From the IMG/VR virus record IMGVR_UViG_3300025732_000091, positions 1 to 40,796 of that record: DNA of 40,796 bases; one strand, written 5' to 3'. The position numbers were made by a program, and so were the translations under genes. The notes below the pieces were generated by a model, which was not told the origin of the DNA, made no database searches, and was given only the letters and a program-made list of their open reading frames with translations. Source of the stretch: a virus (lineage: Duplodnaviria > Caudoviricetes). This document shows positions 39,187 to 40,796 of this stretch, piece by piece. Within the stretch, counting starts at the first letter, position 1. The number at the start of each line of letters is the position of its first letter.

Positions 39187-40796
39187 AGCGTCTACAGGTC
39201 GTTCGTGAATCTGAGTCGGATAGTGCGTATGCACTCGTTATTTACGAGAATAATCAGGCTACGGCAATAGCCGTCACGGATGATGCTTCCGCTTGGGCGG
39301 AATGGGTTAATAGTTCATCCATGAATATGAAGCAACTGAACGAGTCGTTGTCTCATGCTCTTTATACGGGTAATGCTCGCATCCTTACTGACGAAATTCT
39401 TACTCAAGCAAAGTCACTTTATGGCGACCACTTGCTAGCCGAAATTACGTCCAATGATTCTGAGCCGACGCATGAAGTCGTTGATGCTGTTGTTGGACAT
39501 GGTCGTCTCTACCGCCCAACCGCAATCCGCTCCAAGTCAATGCCTGCCGTTTCTTCGGCTCGTCTATCAACAATCTCATCTTCTAGCCGTCAAGCGGCTA
39601 TTGAATACAAGGCTCTGTCATATCGGAGCGAAAGCACCTATTCGCGTCTCAATTTTGAGATGAAGAAGGTCCGCGCAGTATGGGACCCCGACCTTGGACC
39701 ATCGGGAGGATGGCGCTGTCCGTCCGGTAGCCAGTTTGGCGGATATATCACTGACCGTTTTGGGCGTGGTTGTGGCGGTGGAATTATCCGGCGTGTCGGA
39801 CGCGCTTTGGTTAATGCTGGACGACGAATCGACAATATCGGCGAACAGCGTCAACTGCGACGCTTGAATCGCGCTGCTGAACGAGCACAGAAGCCCGGTG
39901 TTGGAGAGCGTGCTGGCGACGCCATTCGTCGTGGAGCAGGTCAGGCTGCTGTCGCTCTTGAACGTGGTGCCCAGCGTCTTGTTGGTGAGTACCAGCCACG
40001 TGACTATGTCCCTAATGTAGGCATGAGGCGCCAGCGTAGAGTTGGTGTTCCCAATGTTCCCGAAGGACGCAAACGGGAGATTGATGACCGGTTGCAGGCA
40101 ATTTCGCGTGAACTAGATGATTTGGTAGATGAGACTCCGACTCCGGCGGTTGAAAAGCGAATTGCTGAACTTATTCGTGAGAACCGTGCGCTTCGCCGTG
40201 AGCGCGATGGCGGACCGAATGGACGGGCAATTGTTCGTCCTGCTGGGCGCGGTCAGGGAGTAAATCGTCCGGTTCCCGCTCGCCCTGCGCTTCCTAATCG
40301 TGGGCAGAATCGCAATGTAAATCGCCCTGAGCGTCGTCAGGGCGCGCGCCCTGTCCGCAAGCCCGTGGCTGAGCGTCAGCGTGATGGCGTAATGGAACGA
40401 GCCGCTCGTGGTCTTGTGGGTGGTTATAATCCTGACGAATATAAGCCTGGTGATAAGAAGCGAATCAAGAATCGCGAAAATCGCTATGCCAAGGTGAAGG
40501 ATGAAGCACTCCTTCGTGCGCTAGATGTGAATCGACCGCGACCATTACGCCCCGGTGAGGGACGCGATGTTGAGGCTCGTCGTCGGCAAGAGCGTCTTGA
40601 GATTCTTCAAGAAATGGTCAATCGCCGGATGGAGATTCCGGACGCGTACAAGCGTGAGGTTCGTGTTTACAAGTTGAAGCCTCAGCGTAAGCAGCGTCGT
40701 GATGGTCTGAATCGTCAGGGACGGGCGGCTGTTGCTCTAGAGCGCGCCGCTCAGCGTGTTCTCGGAGGCGAGGAACGTCAACCGAGAAATATTCCG
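39183..40796 (+). CDS. Large Arg-rich protein, >538 aa, runs off the right edge (not in ORF track)
   Basis: ATG 39183 overlaps the previous stop (ATGA); manual translation MKRLQVVRESESDSAYALVIYE... stays open to the window end. Confidence 0.88.
   Translation, partial: MKRLQVVRESESDSAYALVIYENNQATAIAVTDDASAWAEWVNSSSMNMKQLNESLSHALYTGNARILTDEILTQAKSLYGDHLLAEITSNDSEPTHEVVDAVVGHGRLYRPTAIRSKSMPAVSSARLSTISSSSRQAAIEYKALSYRSESTYSRLNFEMKKVRAVWDPDLGPSGGWRCPSGSQFGGYITDRFGRGCGGGIIRRVGRALVNAGRRIDNIGEQRQLRRLNRAAERAQKPGVGERAGDAIRRGAGQAAVALERGAQRLVGEYQPRDYVPNVGMRRQRRVGVPNVPEGRKREIDDRLQAISRELDDLVDETPTPAVEKRIAELIRENRALRRERDGGPNGRAIVRPAGRGQGVNRPVPARPALPNRGQNRNVNRPERRQGARPVRKPVAERQRDGVMERAARGLVGGYNPDEYKPGDKKRIKNRENRYAKVKDEALLRALDVNRPRPLRPGEGRDVEARRRQERLEILQEMVNRRMEIPDAYKREVRVYKLKPQRKQRRDGLNRQGRAAVALERAAQRVLGGEERQPRNIP

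Overview
The window is a fragment of a large tailed dsDNA phage with a contractile (myovirus-type) tail. No host chromosomal genes, tRNAs, CRISPR arrays or integrase are recognisable. Leaderless extended -10 promoters and the chaperone 'DPT' ending suggest an actinobacterial host; this is inference. A minus-strand block (30537 down to <1) reads: terminase large subunit; a recombination module (Rad52/Sak-like annealase, Cas4/RecB-like exonuclease, HNH, RuvC, UvsY-like); an inserted ParB + IbrA(PAPS-reductase) + IbrB + small basic peptide + GT-B glycosyltransferase cassette; neck genes; sheath; tube; tail chaperone with a hidden -1 frameshift extension; tape measure with a C-terminal Zn-peptidase motif; baseplate genes; and fibre genes ending in a >1221-aa collagen-like protein missed by the ORF track. 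A divergent plus-strand block (30596 to >40796) encodes a portal-MuF fusion, an extended HK97-type prohead protease, and then four unusual modular proteins where a capsid gene would be expected. Those proteins carry Cys-rich, PepSY-like and tandem-repeat domains, a degenerate kinase-like fold, a shared G[YW]RCPxGxQFGGx[FI]TDx5CG motif and recurring Lys-centred sites at domain borders. The best candidates for undescribed biology are (i) this head-associated, possibly protease-processed cargo system and (ii) the IbrAB/ParB/glycosyltransferase cassette, possibly linked to the Thr-rich collagen fibre. All calls come from reading motifs by eye; no searches were run.
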